Source of the DNA: Basidiobolus meristosporus CBS 931.73
Taxonomy: Eukaryota > Fungi > Basidiobolomycota
Direction: 5' to 3'
DNA: 64,000 bases
NCBI GenBank assembly: GCA_002104905.1
Contig: MCFE01000232.1
Coordinates: forward strand, 57,357 to 121,356
Under the pieces are notes generated by a model, which ran no database searches, was not told the DNA's origin, and saw only the letters and a program-made list of their open reading frames with translations. The translations under genes and the position numbers were made by a program. This document shows positions 50,401 to 62,783 of this stretch, in pieces. How positions within the stretch are numbered: position 1 is the stretch's first letter; each line of letters starts with the position of its first letter.

Positions 50401-52661
50401 GGCATTCCTTTAATCTGCCAATAGTAGTTTCCACCTAGCTGACATTGAGCGATAGTTGGCAGACCTTTTACTTGGCCAAGAAACAAACGATTGAGCAATG
50501 GGCGATGAGAGGTTAGGGTATCCGAGTTGGCGGATAAGTCACTAAAACAATCCATCCAATAAGGATTGGGCATAACAGAGGCATATTATGCTGTACCACC
50601 CATTCATCGTGGTGTGGGTGAAGCGCGTCGTGTAACTATTTTTTGAGCACAGGATCCGTGTGGATAAACCTTGATCCAATGAAGTGTTCATCTCTGCTGG
50701 CGCGTAGCAACTCGATGAAAGTACACAAAAATCCTCCGTCCAATGTCTTCAACGCTGTGCACGGTATAGCAGAGGAGCGCTGGTACGCACCATACAAGGC
50801 GTTTATATCGTGTGGAGTAGCTCTATATTTAGCCGGATGGAAATAACTCGTTTTCCATTGGACTCCAGCATAAGAGCTTAATAGAGGCCTATCGGCAATC
50901 TAGAGTCGGTCTGTTGGCCAACTCAGATAACTTTGGTATATCTTACGAAACTTTGTTGACAAGCTCTCCAAAATGTCCACTACGCCACTTAATTAGATAC
51001 GCTGAAAGCTAGACTCTGTGATAGGAGTCCAATAATGGACATGCAGAATCGTGTCCTGGTAAACAGTGCTGATAAAATCACTCGCACCAGGGCGTAAAAA
51101 AGTTACTCGATCCACGAGCTCGTTCAGGCTATTCGACAAAACGCTTATGGTGCGGAGGAATTATCCTGTCTGCATTTAGACGGAAATAGGTTAATATGTT
51201 CTAGATTCCGTCAGACTGAGTATTGATTGGTATCGAGGTAAAGCCCGCACGTTTGCACTTGTCGGCCATGCCGATAGACAAGCGCCCCAAGCTGCTGCTA
51301 ACGACACCTGGCAGACCTGATGATGGATGGCATCCATGTCTCGTCCATCATACAGCAAGAAACCCCTCCTTGCTTCAACGACATTGTGGCAGACGGTCGT
51401 TGAGCAGTCTAGGATTGGATTCATCTGGAACGCATCAAGACCAGTGTTTTATTCAAACAGGAGTATATATTTTTCCAGCTGACTAAATGCTCATTATTTG
51501 GTGCCCAAAATGGTGTGTCCCATGCTTCCTCCGCTTAGGATTGAGGCCCTGATGGCTAGCCATATCGCTAAACCATCGCAAACCCCAGAAAGCTTCGAGC
51601 AGACGGAACCATCACTGTATGCTTAATTTCTCAGGTTCCCTTATTTGTTGAAAACCCCTAAGAGCAATCCTTCCGATTCGTCAGATCAGGTCTTCCAGGC
51701 CCTGAAAAGCATTGATGTCCAGCGAGTATTCCCACAGTACGATTTTCCAAATGATGATGATAGCTCCACATAGTGGAAACTTTTAGGTTTAACCCTGGCG
51801 CGCCTTGTGTTTCGCCGGCTCTCGTGATCAGCATGAGGTGGTGTGGAAATGCGGTCTAGCCCCGTCATATGCCCGAGGGCGACCGCGTATGTCGTAGTCT
51901 TTCGAAGTTCAAAGACCCATCATACTATAACCCATATCCCAAGCCTATTGGCCTAGTCACCATCCCGCGCTTTGCACCTGATCTTATTCCGTTCACAATA
52001 GTCTTCTCTTCCGATTCCGATGAACGCATAGAGGAAGAACGGGATGCGGATCCAGTCTGAGGGTTAATCCGCATGTTCTGCGGATGCTTGTGAAATACAA
52101 GGAAGGTGAATTCTTAATCGGGTTGAAATGTGCTAACACGGGCGGGATGGTCGTTATGGTTTAGAGTGCCTGGGTTATGCTAGCCGAGCTGGAAGCGTAC
52201 GACTGGGTGCATCTTCGTCCGGTTGCCAAGACACATGGCAGCTCAAACGATCGTCTAACCATCCAAAAACAACATATGGCTCCTCAAGGGTGTAGCGGTC
52301 ACTTTATTACAGACAAGGACAACGCCACTTGGCCTTCTGCTCATCGGCAGCTGGGGTACAAGATGGTGATGTTTTGCTATTATAAATGTTCCTTTTAATC
52401 AGCGTCTATTTGTGCTAGATTCTCTTCAAAATATCAAGGCGTATGAGTTACAAATAAGAAGGGTGCATTAAACTTAAGAAAAAGCTACAAAACGAAGTCG
52501 CTTCAAGCGATATTGAACACATGGATGGCGGGGTTATGTTATATAGAATTCAATTGCTTCGAGAATCCAAACTAAGCTGTGGCATTTGTGAATACTCTAT
52601 CCATTACTTATTCAACCATGCCGGTCAGAACTATGAGCTTTGGACATCATGGAAGTTCAAC

Positions 52662-53583
52662 TCAAAATAACGGAAAGCCCCCGTGCTCAAAGAATTCAAA
52701 GGGACTGATAGGGCTCAACACCGCTACAATCCCATCGCTTGAGTAACACAAACCTACTTTGACGTCAAATGACCCATTCGGAGAGACAAATGTGAATTCA
52801 AACAGGCTGGTCAGCGTTCGGAATTGGCCGATCTTCATATCCATGAATTCCTCTTGGACCTCGTACAGTTCATCCGGATCGACATACGAAAAAAACGAGG
52901 TGCCAATTAGCTGACTTGGCTTGAAGCCTAGTACCTGCTCACTGCTCTCGGTTGCGTAAATGATGGGAAGGAATTCAGAGAACCGATCCAATATTAAGCA
53001 GACACGCGGGCTTTTTCGCGGGTATGGTGGTGTGCTTTGTGAAAGCGCTCTAAAAATATCTTCTTTGGTGTGGAGGACTTCTGAACACCCCTGAACGTTC
53101 CAATTAGCGAGTGCCACATCTCTCACGTCAAGTAAATCACTTACCCTCACTCGTACTTCTTTGTTGTCAATCATGACGATGTTCTCTGCCATACACGTGC
53201 TTTCTTTAAAAATATCAATAAACTGCGTGAAAAAAAGTGAGGGTATAAAAATTACCTAGCAGGTTGCTTCGAACGAAATCCCCTGAGCTGATGGTTCTGT
53301 TTGTGGTCACATAGAGTCCTTCGCAACAGTAAAATACTGTCTCTAGCGTGACATATCCGGATCTCGTTTTAACATTGTTGTATATAATAGTGCCAAAGGT
53401 TTGTAACTCCATTAGACAATCTAGAATCGGGGCAACAGTGTCGTAATTTGGTGTCAAAAGGGCAACGCTATTTCCAATTAGCTCCAATCCAGCGTGGCCT
53501 ATCACTTGGTCAAAGGTCGGTGATAAGTACACAAAGCGTGCATCTGTTCCGTGAGTTAATATACATATGAACGAAGAGGCCAT
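52662..53583 (-). CDS. Tandem PAS-domain protein (two exons; the two ORF-track ORFs are one gene)
   Basis: PAS-1 (ARFVYLSPTFDQVIGH...ELIG) and PAS-2 (PRVCLILDRF...IIYATESSEQVLGF...LIGTSFFSYVDPDEL). A GT-AG intron near 53255-53203 joins them in frame. Confidence 0.75.
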
Positions 53584-55009
53584 AGTTTATTCTTCTATTG
53601 AATGTGAGAACTGAGGTAAGGACGCTAGGTACGATACATAGATTCATAACATATGTCTTATCTTTTTTCAAAAAATTCGTATTCATGATATTTAACTTGG
53701 TCCAAAATAAATCGGATGCAGAATGTATTGACAAAAACATCTAACCATAATAGTCATGTTGCACATACAAAATCAGATCTATGGAATTTTCTCAAACCAA
53801 TCATCATTGTGCTCTGATATCCCTTATTATAGACGAAAAGGGGGTCGATTGGACAGCGCAGTTCCATTCAGCGCAGTCCAGAGAAAACTCTGCTTCTGGA
53901 TTATGTCCAAAGTTGCTACCCACTGCTTTCCAATCTAAATCAACCTTCTTCCCGCCTCCTGCCATTATGTGGTGACACACATCTTCCGACATTGCGCAAT
54001 GAGCGCTTGTTCATTAGCGGTGCCTCTCGGCAGCAAGACATATAGACTATGTATCCACAATCAAAATGGACGATGTGCTGCGATCACGAGAAGCCCCTTT
54101 CCACACGTATTGTTGGAGCTCAGGGTCAAGGCTCGAATGAAGTCGAACTTGATCAGCCTTGAGTTCTATCCGAAATTCCAGCCGATTTCTGATCAGAATG
54201 GTTCGGAGGCTTCCTGCGATGTCATTTGAGGCCGTAGCAGTGGATTCGCGCCTGCAGAGCCACTCTGTGTGACAGTGTCCCACGGATCAGGTGACAAGAA
54301 TCGAGCTAACCATTGCATCTCAATTTGGGCACAACCGGGAAAAATGTTGCCTCTGCCATGAGGGATAACGACCCGCCCGCTTTGGTTGATAATGCTGGTC
54401 AGCAAAATTGTATTGAATTTATACACGCTAGAATGATCGGATTAGATGTTTATTGTTCACACAAATGGAGCATCATATGCGAATTGGTGCCAGAGGTCGA
54501 TCCGTGCATCCTAAAACAATTCGATCCAACGAATCTTGGAAGGGGATGATGGGCAGATGACGGCCGGTTCGTTCGCATAAGTATGGATATTACTGATACG
54601 AGATACAGGTGCATGCATGGGCAGTGAAAACAAAGCGGATCAAAGGCCCAAGATATAATTGTCTAGTGGCACTTGCCTGCTCCTCCCGACGCTACATATT
54701 GGCTCCTACATATAGGCACGGTGTGGGAATCTATAGAGCTGTTGGCAAATTACGCGCAATACTCATGCAGGCCAAACCAAGTACCTGGACTCTGGATTAC
54801 GTATTAGTCATGAGCCCAACGAGAATTGGTTGCATTCGGAACTACAGAAGGTCTGTTCCATGGCTTTATTTAAATTTAATATATTATCCTTGCTCAACGA
54901 TCTTCGTTATTACCTAATATATATGTCCAAGCTGACACTGCAACCAATAATCATGAACGAACAAGGGACATTTGTTGCATGGTTGAGGTTTGTTACAGGC
55001 CAGGGCATA

Positions 55010-55774
55010 TTATATCTCGGGATTCAGCAGCTTGGATCTAACAGCCAGCTCAATGAAATTTTGTACGCTAGGCGTGAGGGAAATGTTCTCGGATCGAACA
55101 AAGTCTTTCGGTAAGCGCTCGTGGGAAAAAATATCCATGACTGTCTGCTTGGAAATTTTGTCTCCGTGACCGAAGACTGCGAATAACGAGGCCATTTCCA
55201 TCTGAGAGATAGCCTTTAGCCTTGGGCTATACGACACTTCAGGATTATTCTCCAAGCTGTCCTTGATACGCATGTTGCTGAATTTGGCAAAATCCTCCAA
55301 TGTGTACATATCATCTTTACTTGAAGCTTGCTCCAGCTGTTTAAGTAAATCCGGGTCAGGGCTTACCGGGTCTCCAAGCGCCCCATCCTTGCGTGATAAG
55401 GAAAAGTCATGCTCTATGAAGTCGTGAAGCTTTAAGTCTCGAAGACTTGGGACTATAAACCCATCCGGAGTGTCCTGTCCTACTTTGAGGAACGTCAGGC
55501 CTACTAAGACATTCCGAATCAACGGGTGGAGATTTATAGAATCTACCAATCCGTTTTGCAGTACCTCAAAGGTAATATTGGCCCCGGACCGAGGCAGATA
55601 TCCATGGTTAGCTAATGTATTTAATACAGGGCATGGGCCACGGATAGCATGCTTCGGTCTCTCCCAATGGTGTCCATCCGCGTAGCTAGGAGTGCAACTG
55701 ACCAACCTTTCTGACAACCCGACAAACAGAAGTCCAACAAATATGGTGCTCACTTTCTGAAGTCTAACCAACAT
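55010..55774 (-). CDS. Secreted heme-thiolate peroxidase (chloroperoxidase/unspecific peroxygenase family)
   Basis: Signal-peptide-like N-terminus, RGPCPVLNTLANHGYLPR (proximal Cys PCP motif) and IEHDFSLSRKD (EHD-S motif). Intronless. Confidence 0.92.
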   Translation of the reverse strand: MLVRLQKVSTIFVGLLFVGLSERLVSCTPSYADGHHWERPKHAIRGPCPVLNTLANHGYLPRSGANITFEVLQNGLVDSINLHPLIRNVLVGLTFLKVGQDTPDGFIVPSLRDLKLHDFIEHDFSLSRKDGALGDPVSPDPDLLKQLEQASSKDDMYTLEDFAKFSNMRIKDSLENNPEVSYSPRLKAISQMEMASLFAVFGHGDKISKQTVMDIFSHERLPKDFVRSENISLTPSVQNFIELAVRSKLLNPEI

Positions 55775-57062
55775 TATTAAGGATTGTCAAAGAGATTAGA
55801 ACGGCGGACGCTCGAGAGATTCAGTTGCTTTAGAGGTCAAGCAAGCTGCAGCATTATTGAAGAGATGGAAGGCGTTATATATTCCGTAAGTTTCTAAAAT
55901 CCGGACTCGGGGGGATATGGTATCAGTATACCTTCCACTGCCTGTTGTAAACAGCAGGAACATTCTGCAATAGATCGACGTCTTCAAACAAATTTGTAAC
56001 TTCTAGACATGGCCGATATGTCGTAATGCTGGAGATAGTCGAAAGTTGCCTGACTTAGAGCAATGCAGCGATCGCTGTCTCATGGGTGAACCAACAGGAT
56101 TTGTATTGCATGTGGGTATCATAGGACAATTCTTCATGATAAAGCCTTAAAATATACATGCTGTTTCATCATGATACTTACATGCATACGCAGGACTCAT
56201 TTGTGCCTTACAGTCCCTCCAAAATATAGAATGCATGTTCTACTGAAGTACTTGCAACATTGGATTCAATCTGTCGGCCAATACTTTACCAGCCCTAGTT
56301 TGAAATCCAACTTCACTAGTGTAGGTATGCACCAGTTAGACAGTGGGTGAGGCTCTGATGCATTGCATTGCTTGAATTGATATTCTATTGGATCGATGGC
56401 ATCTCCGCATTTAATGATAATATCGCAAATAAATATGTAATAACGAATTATCCATATACCGGTTTCCGTAGCAGCTCATTGAGCAGAACACTTTCCCAAT
56501 TTTTTTCGAATGATGGAAAAAGCGAGTAGATAGAAATTTCTAAAGTCGTCTAAAATGCAGCTGGATGTGGTCATGTACACTATGGCCCACAAAGATTATA
56601 TTGACCATTCAATATAAATCTCCCATCTAAAATTCCGAAGCCCCTGAAGCAAGAGCAATGGTGTTAATGGGCTAATTAGTGAGATGAAATCCGGGAGAAG
56701 TTGGTTTCACTCGGTTACTATATTTAGTTAGTCTCCAGAATTTCATATTATGAGGGTGTTTGTGGGAGTGGTCTCCATTATTGGCGGAATATTTACTTTA
56801 GTTGGATTTCAAACAATTGTTATATCTGTTTCATAAAGATACGTCTCAGAGCTTCTGTATAACCAGCACATGAATTGCTAGAGCAATAACACATTTCTTA
56901 CCTACAGATACCCAGCTCCTCAATCTCGAGTCCTTTTGATTTCAGCTCAATAGATTTAGAAATAGTAAGTATTTTGAGTTATACACCGTGCAACTCGAGT
57001 ACATCTCCAATATTGCGTAGGCCTTGAGCTTCTACGATTACCCAAATGTTTTGGAGCATAAC

Positions 57063-57270
57063 TGTTGTAAATTTCGTAATTACACCTCTCTATCTACTGA
57101 AGTCAGTTATATAGATCATTGTCTACAAATCTTAAATGATTCTGCCCAAATTCCGTATCTGGATATACATGTATATTTTCACCAATATATCAAGTACCCC
57201 AAACATGAGAAATCTCAAAGGTCTCCAAAAAGCCCCAAACCTTGCATAAATGCTCTTGAGAGCTTCCTAG
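57063..57270 (+). mobile_element. Old, truncated copia-type LTR relic followed by a G-rich telomere-like stretch
   Basis: Starts TGTTGTAAA and aligns by eye with the LTRs at 57447 and 59041. It breaks off at CTTCCTAG and is followed by GGTAGGGGGCTAAGGGGGGGGGG. Confidence 0.6.
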
Positions 57271-57322
57271 GGTAGGGGGCTAAGGGGGGGGGGAATGATG
57301 ATTATCCTGTTGTAACAACAAA

Positions 57323-57779
57323 TAGTTTACTGTCCTACAGATGAAATGATTGCAAACATATTTACCAAACCATTAGCTAGAGACAAGTTTGAATATCTTA
57401 GGTCAAAATTAGGACTAGTCAGTATGAACATTTAGCTGAGTGGGAGTGTTGTAAAAATTTGTATTTCCACCTAAATATTCACCTAACTTAGTCACTTAGA
57501 TCATTACCTTCAAATCCTAGAGAATACTGACCAAATTCCTTGTCGGGATTTGCTTGGAATATTTACCCAGAACATGAAAATTAGAGAAGTTGTCTAAACA
57601 GCCCCAAACTTTGCACACATATTCTCAGGACCTTCCTTAACCTATTCTACATGTTTGTTATGCCAAGACCATGTAAAAGTATAAATGCTACTTTTACATT
57701 TAATAAATCTTTAAGTGAAAACCACATAATCTACTTGTCCTCCCAAATCACTTCCAATATCTCCAAGACTCTTACAACA
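57323..57779 (+). mobile_element. Ty1/copia 3' fragment: end of RNase H, polypurine tract and complete LTR (57447-57779)
   Basis: Encodes VYCPTDEMIANIFTKPLARDKFEYLRSKLGL*, then PPT CTGAGTGGGAG. The LTR is bounded by TGTTGTAA...TTACAACA inverted termini. Confidence 0.9.
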
Positions 57780-58039
57780 TATTCAAGGGTAAAATCTGTA
57801 TTCAACATCTTAAGTAAAGGAGCCAAGTTAGATTATTGACATCTGGAATGCAGAGAGCTTGCAAGATGAGCATGGATTTTTCTGTTTCACAAATATCCTC
57901 AATATCAAAATCAAGTGGAGAGTGTAGTAAAACTCTTTGCTCATTGTGGTATCTTCTGAGAATGTTGATAGCTTGAAGGGAAGGAGAATCTTTCAGTAAG
58001 CTGGTATATTTTTTGTGGATTAGAGATCATGGTCACAAT

Positions 58040-58382
58040 TGTGGTAAAAATTTGTAATTCCATGTAAATATTCACCCAACTCAGTTAATAAGATCACCCA
58101 CAAATCCTAGAAAAACTGACCAAATTCCTTGTTGGGATTTACTTGGAATATTCCTACAAAATCATCAGGTATCCAGAACATGAAAATTCTCAAAGTTGTC
58201 CAAACAGCCCAAACTTGCACATATGTTCTTGGGACATTCTGAATCTAATTTTATGTGTTTGCTATGCAAAGACTATGTAAAAGTACAAATATTACCATTA
58301 CATTTAGTAAATTATTAAGTGAAAGCTGTGTAATCAACTTGTATTCTCAATCACTTCCAATATCCCCAAGACTCTTACAACA
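58040..58382 (+). mobile_element. Solo LTR of the same copia family
   Basis: TGTGGTAAAAATTTG...ACTCTTACAACA, homologous over its length to 57447-57779. No target-site duplication is visible. Confidence 0.85.
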
Positions 58383-58479
58383 GGATATGAGCCCTGTGCT
58401 GTCACTCTCTGCAATGTCTACTTCTGCTCTGCAGAGAAGTTGGATGGATCTCACTACCAAGTCAGGGAGGGGTGGTTTT

Positions 58480-58566
58480 TGTTGCAAAAATTTGTAATTC
58501 CACCTATACATTCACCTAACTTAGTCACTCAAAGCATTACCTACAAATCTTAGAGCATTCTGACAA
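58480..58566 (+). mobile_element. 5' part of another LTR, truncated and capped by GGGTTAGGG (58567-58575)
   Basis: TGTTGCAAAAATTTG...CTGACAA matches the first roughly 87 bp of the family LTR, then switches abruptly to a telomeric repeat. Confidence 0.8.
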
Positions 58567-58575
58567 GGGTTAGGG

Positions 58576-59040
58576 AGACACTTTCACCAACAGGTGAAAT
58601 GTTTAATTCAGTTGAAACAAAGGAGCAGTGCTACTGTTGTAGCTTTGATACAAGAATGTGTAACTGAGGGGAGTTTGTAGGTAAGTTTACAAGAAGTGAT
58701 GATAGTTCTTCAGTGCTCAAGACACTGCTCAGTGGGAACAGGGGTACCAAGAGGGTAAGAATGACTTGTGAACAACAATGATAAGGGCAATATGATAAAG
58801 ATTGATATTCATCATAAAAGGAGTGTGCTGCTTCAGATATTGGTGCCAAAGATCTTTCAAGTACTTCAGGTAGGCCAGATTGAGCTTTTATGACTGCAGA
58901 ATATAATGAGTAAGCTCCTTGACATCAGGATCTCCAGGTAATATTCTCCAGTAGGAGCCAGGTGTAGTGTGGCATGTTCTCTTCCAGGCCTTGATCAGTG
59001 GGTTGCTGCAGAGATGAAATCTGAGATATAATCTAGTCCT
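58576..59040 (-). mobile_element. Non-LTR retroelement, copy A (3' fragment), interrupted by the copia LTR at 59041
   Basis: Co-linear and clearly homologous (roughly 80-85% identity by eye) to 61709-62170. Encodes the same C-terminus, ...SVLSTEELSSLLVNLPTNSPQLHILVSKLQQ*. Confidence 0.85.
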
Positions 59041-61693
59041 TGTTGTAAGAGTCTTGGAGATATTGGAAGTGATTGGGAGAACAAGTAGATTATGTGTTTT
59101 TCACTTAATGATTTATTGAATGTAAAAGTAGTATTTATACTTTTACCTGGTCTTGGCATTACAAACACATAGAGTAGGTTAAGGAAGGTCCCAAGAACAT
59201 GTGTGCAAAGTTTGGGGCTGTTTGGACAACTTTGAGAATTTTCATGTTCTGGGTACCTGGCATTTTGGTGAAAATATTCTAAGTAAATCCCAACAAGGAA
59301 TTTGGTCAGTATTCTCTAGGATTTGAAGGTGATGATCTAAGTGACTAAGTTAGGTGAATATTTAGGTGGAAATACAAATTTTTACAACACTCCCACTCAG
59401 CTAAATGTTCATACTGACTAGTCCTAATTTTGACCTAAGATATTCAAACTTGTCTCTAGCTAATGGTTTGGTAAATATGTTTGCAATCATTTCATCTGTA
59501 GGACAGTAAACTAAGCTAACTAAGTTATTCTCTATAGCTTCACGTATGAAATGATGTCTAATATCTATGTGCTTGGTTCTAGCATGAAAAGTTGGATTTC
59601 TACCTAATTGTATACATCCTTGATTATCTTGAAATAAAGTAATAGGCGTTTTTTGACATAGGCCTAAATCTGTAAGGAGCTTTCTTAAACACATTGCTTC
59701 TTTTGTAGCTTCACAGGCTGCCATATACTCTGCCTCTGTAGTAGAAAGTGCTACGGTTGGTTGCTTTCTTGAATTCCATGAAATTGCTCCTTTACAGTAT
59801 AGAAAGGTGTATCCTGTGGTGGATCTTCTGTCTTCCAAATTTTGTCCCCAATCAGCATCAGAGTATCCCACAAGATCCTGTTCTGAATCCTTATATGTGT
59901 ATCTTAAGCATATATCAGCGGTTCCTTTTAGGTATCTAAAAATCTGCTTAACTGCTGCAATATGATCAGATCCATAATTCTGATTATGTTGGTTGACAAC
60001 TCCGACTGAATATGAGATATCTGGACGTGTTCCAAGCATGATATACATCAGACTGCCGACCATAGATTGATAAGGAAAGTCAGGGCTTTCAGATGGCACC
60101 AAGCTCTATTGATTTGGTTGAGTTTTGACCAAGTTAAGGTTTGTCTCCATTGGGGTAGCTGCCTGTTTACAGTCTTCCATTTTGTACTTCTTTAGTATAT
60201 CTTGAATATACTGGGATTGGCTGAGGGTAATAGTCTGGGTACTTCTGTCTATGAAGAACTTAATCCCTAAGTAGTAACTAAGTTCTCCTAAATCAGACAT
60301 CTTGAACTCCTTAGATAGGCTGGATTTAGTCTCTTCCAGTGTTTCTAGGTTATTGGCGGCTATAATAAGATCATCCACATATAGAGCTAATAGAACTGGA
60401 TTTGCTCTATCTGGCTTATAGTATATACTATAGTCAGCATTACTTCTTTTGAAACTCAAGGATTCCAAATAAGAATCTATCTTGCAATTCCAGGCTCTTG
60501 GTGATTGTTTGAGACCATATAGTGACTTTTTAAGCTTGCAGACCAAATGGGGGTTATCTTGGTCAACAAACCCATCAGGCTGGTTCATATACACGTCCTC
60601 ATCAAGTTCTCCATTCAAAAATGCAGTTTTTACATCCATTTGATGAATAAAAAACTTATATTTGGCTGCAATAGCCAATATTAATCTGATGGAATTAAAT
60701 TTGGCTACCGGTGCAAAGGTCTCAGTATAGTCAAGTCCTTTTGTTTGAGAGTATCCTTTGGCTACAAGTCTTGCTTTGTATCTTTCAATTGTACCATCAG
60801 CCCTGTATTTTGTCTTGAAGACCCATCTGCATCCAATTGATTTTTGGTTGATTGGTAATTTGACTAAGTCCCAAGTTTGATTTTCCATCAGGGCCTGATA
60901 TTCCTCAGTCATTGCAGATCTCCAAAACTTTGTCTGAGGGCTATTTAGGGCCTCTTTTACAGTCTGGGGTTCATCAATATGGACTGAGTAGGCATAGGTT
61001 AAGTTTGTACCCTCATTGATATAGTAATTTGGTGTATTTCTTGTCCAATTTGATCTCCGGGCATTTGATACTGGAATGATCACTTCTGGGATATTCCTGG
61101 GCACTGATTCTGGCTGAACCACAGTTGTAGAGTCCTCTGGAGTGAAAAAATTTTCATTGTTTTGCTCTGATTCAATCCTGACAATTGGTGGACTTGAGAT
61201 CAAATTTTTGTCATCATCTGATGTCATTTTTTGTGAAAATTTTGAATTTTCATCAAACAACACATCCCTGGACTTGATAAGCCTCTTTGCTTTGGTATTT
61301 TAGAGTCTGTATGTCTTACTCTCATTGCAGTAGCCCAAAAATATGCATTTTACACTTTTTGGCTCAAATTTTGACTGATTTCCGGCCAGTTTTTTGGCAT
61401 ATGCTGTACACCCAAATATTCTTAGATGTTCTGCACTTGGTCTGTATCCATACCATGCTTCAAATGGAGTAGAATCACAAAGTATTCTGTTATAACTCCT
61501 ATTTTTAAGGTATACAGCAGTGGCAACTGATTCTGCCCAAAAATCATAGGATAATTTTTGATCATGGATCATAGATCTTGCCATATCAATTATTGATCTG
61601 TTAGCTTGTTCTGCTACTCCATTTTGCTGTGGGGAGTATGGTACAGTAGTCTCTTGCTTTATCCCATGAATTTTGTAGAAGTGGATGAAGAGT
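59041..61693 (-). mobile_element. 5'-truncated Ty1/copia retrotransposon (integrase C-half, RT, RNase H, PPT, 3' LTR 59041-59389), inactivated
   Basis: Integrase (HGIKQETTVPYSPQQNG.AE..NR), RT (YKARLVAKGYSQ, QMDVKTAFLNG, LYGLKQSPRAW, LYVDDL) and RNase H (YSDADW, STTEAEY, TKHIDIRHHFIRE) occur in copia order. There are in-frame stops at about 61300 and 60106. Confidence 0.95.
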
Positions 61694-61708
61694 TTAGGGT
61701 TACGGGGG

Positions 61709-62783
61709 AGACAGTCACCAACAGGTGAAATCTTTATTTCAGTTGAAACAAAGAAGCCAGCGCTACTGTTGTAGCTTTGATACAAGAGTGTGTAGCTGAG
61801 GGGAATTTGTAGGTAAGTTAATAAGAAGTGATGATAGCTCTTCAGTGCTCAAGACACTGTTCAGTGGGAAGGGGGGTAGCAAGAGAGGTAAGAATGACTT
61901 GTGAACAACATTAATGAGGGGAATGTGATAAGGATTGATATTCATCATAAAGGGAGTGTGCTGCTGCAGATATTGCTGCCAAAGGTCTGTCAAGTACTTC
62001 AGGTAGGCCAGCTTGGGTTTTTCTGACTGCAGAATATAGTGAGCAAACTTCTTGACTTCAGGATCTCCAAGTATAGTTCTCCAGCAGGAGTCAGGTGTAG
62101 TGTGGTGTGTTCTCTTCCATGCCTTAATCAGTGGGTTGTTGCAGTTGTGAAGTCTGAGGTATAATCTGGTTCTAAGGTAGAGAAGTCTGATCTTATAGGG
62201 CATAAACCCAAAAGCACCAAGAATAGCATGTCTGTAGGGGCATTCAGGCAAATGAGGCACCAAGGAGGTAATGCACCATACTGCAAACTTGTCAAGCTTA
62301 GTGCAGTCTCTAGAAGTAAGAGAGAGAAGTGGTAAGCCAAATTCCAGGACAGGGAAGACAAACTGCTTGAGTAGAAGAAGGCAGCTGGGAGCTGAAGTTG
62401 TAGGAGGAGTAACAGTCAGTAGCTTGTGGAGTGCCTGTCTTGCCAGGATAATTCTCTTCTTCAGGTGTGCTCCAGAGTCTAGTCCAGTAGGAAGGAAAGG
62501 AAAGCCAAGATATGTAGCAGAAACCTGAGCAGGTAGAGTGGAGTTCTCCAAGTTGATGGGAGAGCCCAAAGGTACTGTCTTTGCAATGGAAAGCTGGAGA
62601 TTATTCTTCTGCAGATACTGGTGGATGGTCTGGGAGTCTTTTTGCACATTGGAGGAGGATATTCTGATGTCATCAGCAAAGAGAGTAACCAGGCAGTCAG
62701 CTGAGAGTCTTGGGAAATCATTCAGGAAGATGGCAAACAGTATAGGACCAAGCACAGAGCCTTGAACCACTCCATTAGGAACT
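61709..62783 (-). mobile_element. Non-LTR (LINE-type) retroelement, copy B: 5'-truncated RT with C-terminal region and short 3' UTR
   Basis: PNGVVQGSVLGPILFAIFLND, LFADD, LSIAKT, TYLGFPF and KQFVFPVLEFG motifs. The ORF stops at 61763 and there is an AATAAA near 61733-61738. The 3' end abuts TTAGGGTTACGGGGG (61694-61708). Confidence 0.9.

Noticed and set aside
50511-50518. GGTTAGGG interstitial telomere-like 8-mer
   Set aside because: About one such 8-mer is expected by chance in 5 kb, and there is no associated breakpoint.
61763-62770. Interpreting the telomeric RT as telomerase or a Penelope-like element
   Set aside because: The motifs (QGSVLGPILF, LFADD, YLGFPF) are of the non-LTR/LINE type. 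TERT T/CP motifs and the PLE MGSPLS-type motif are absent.
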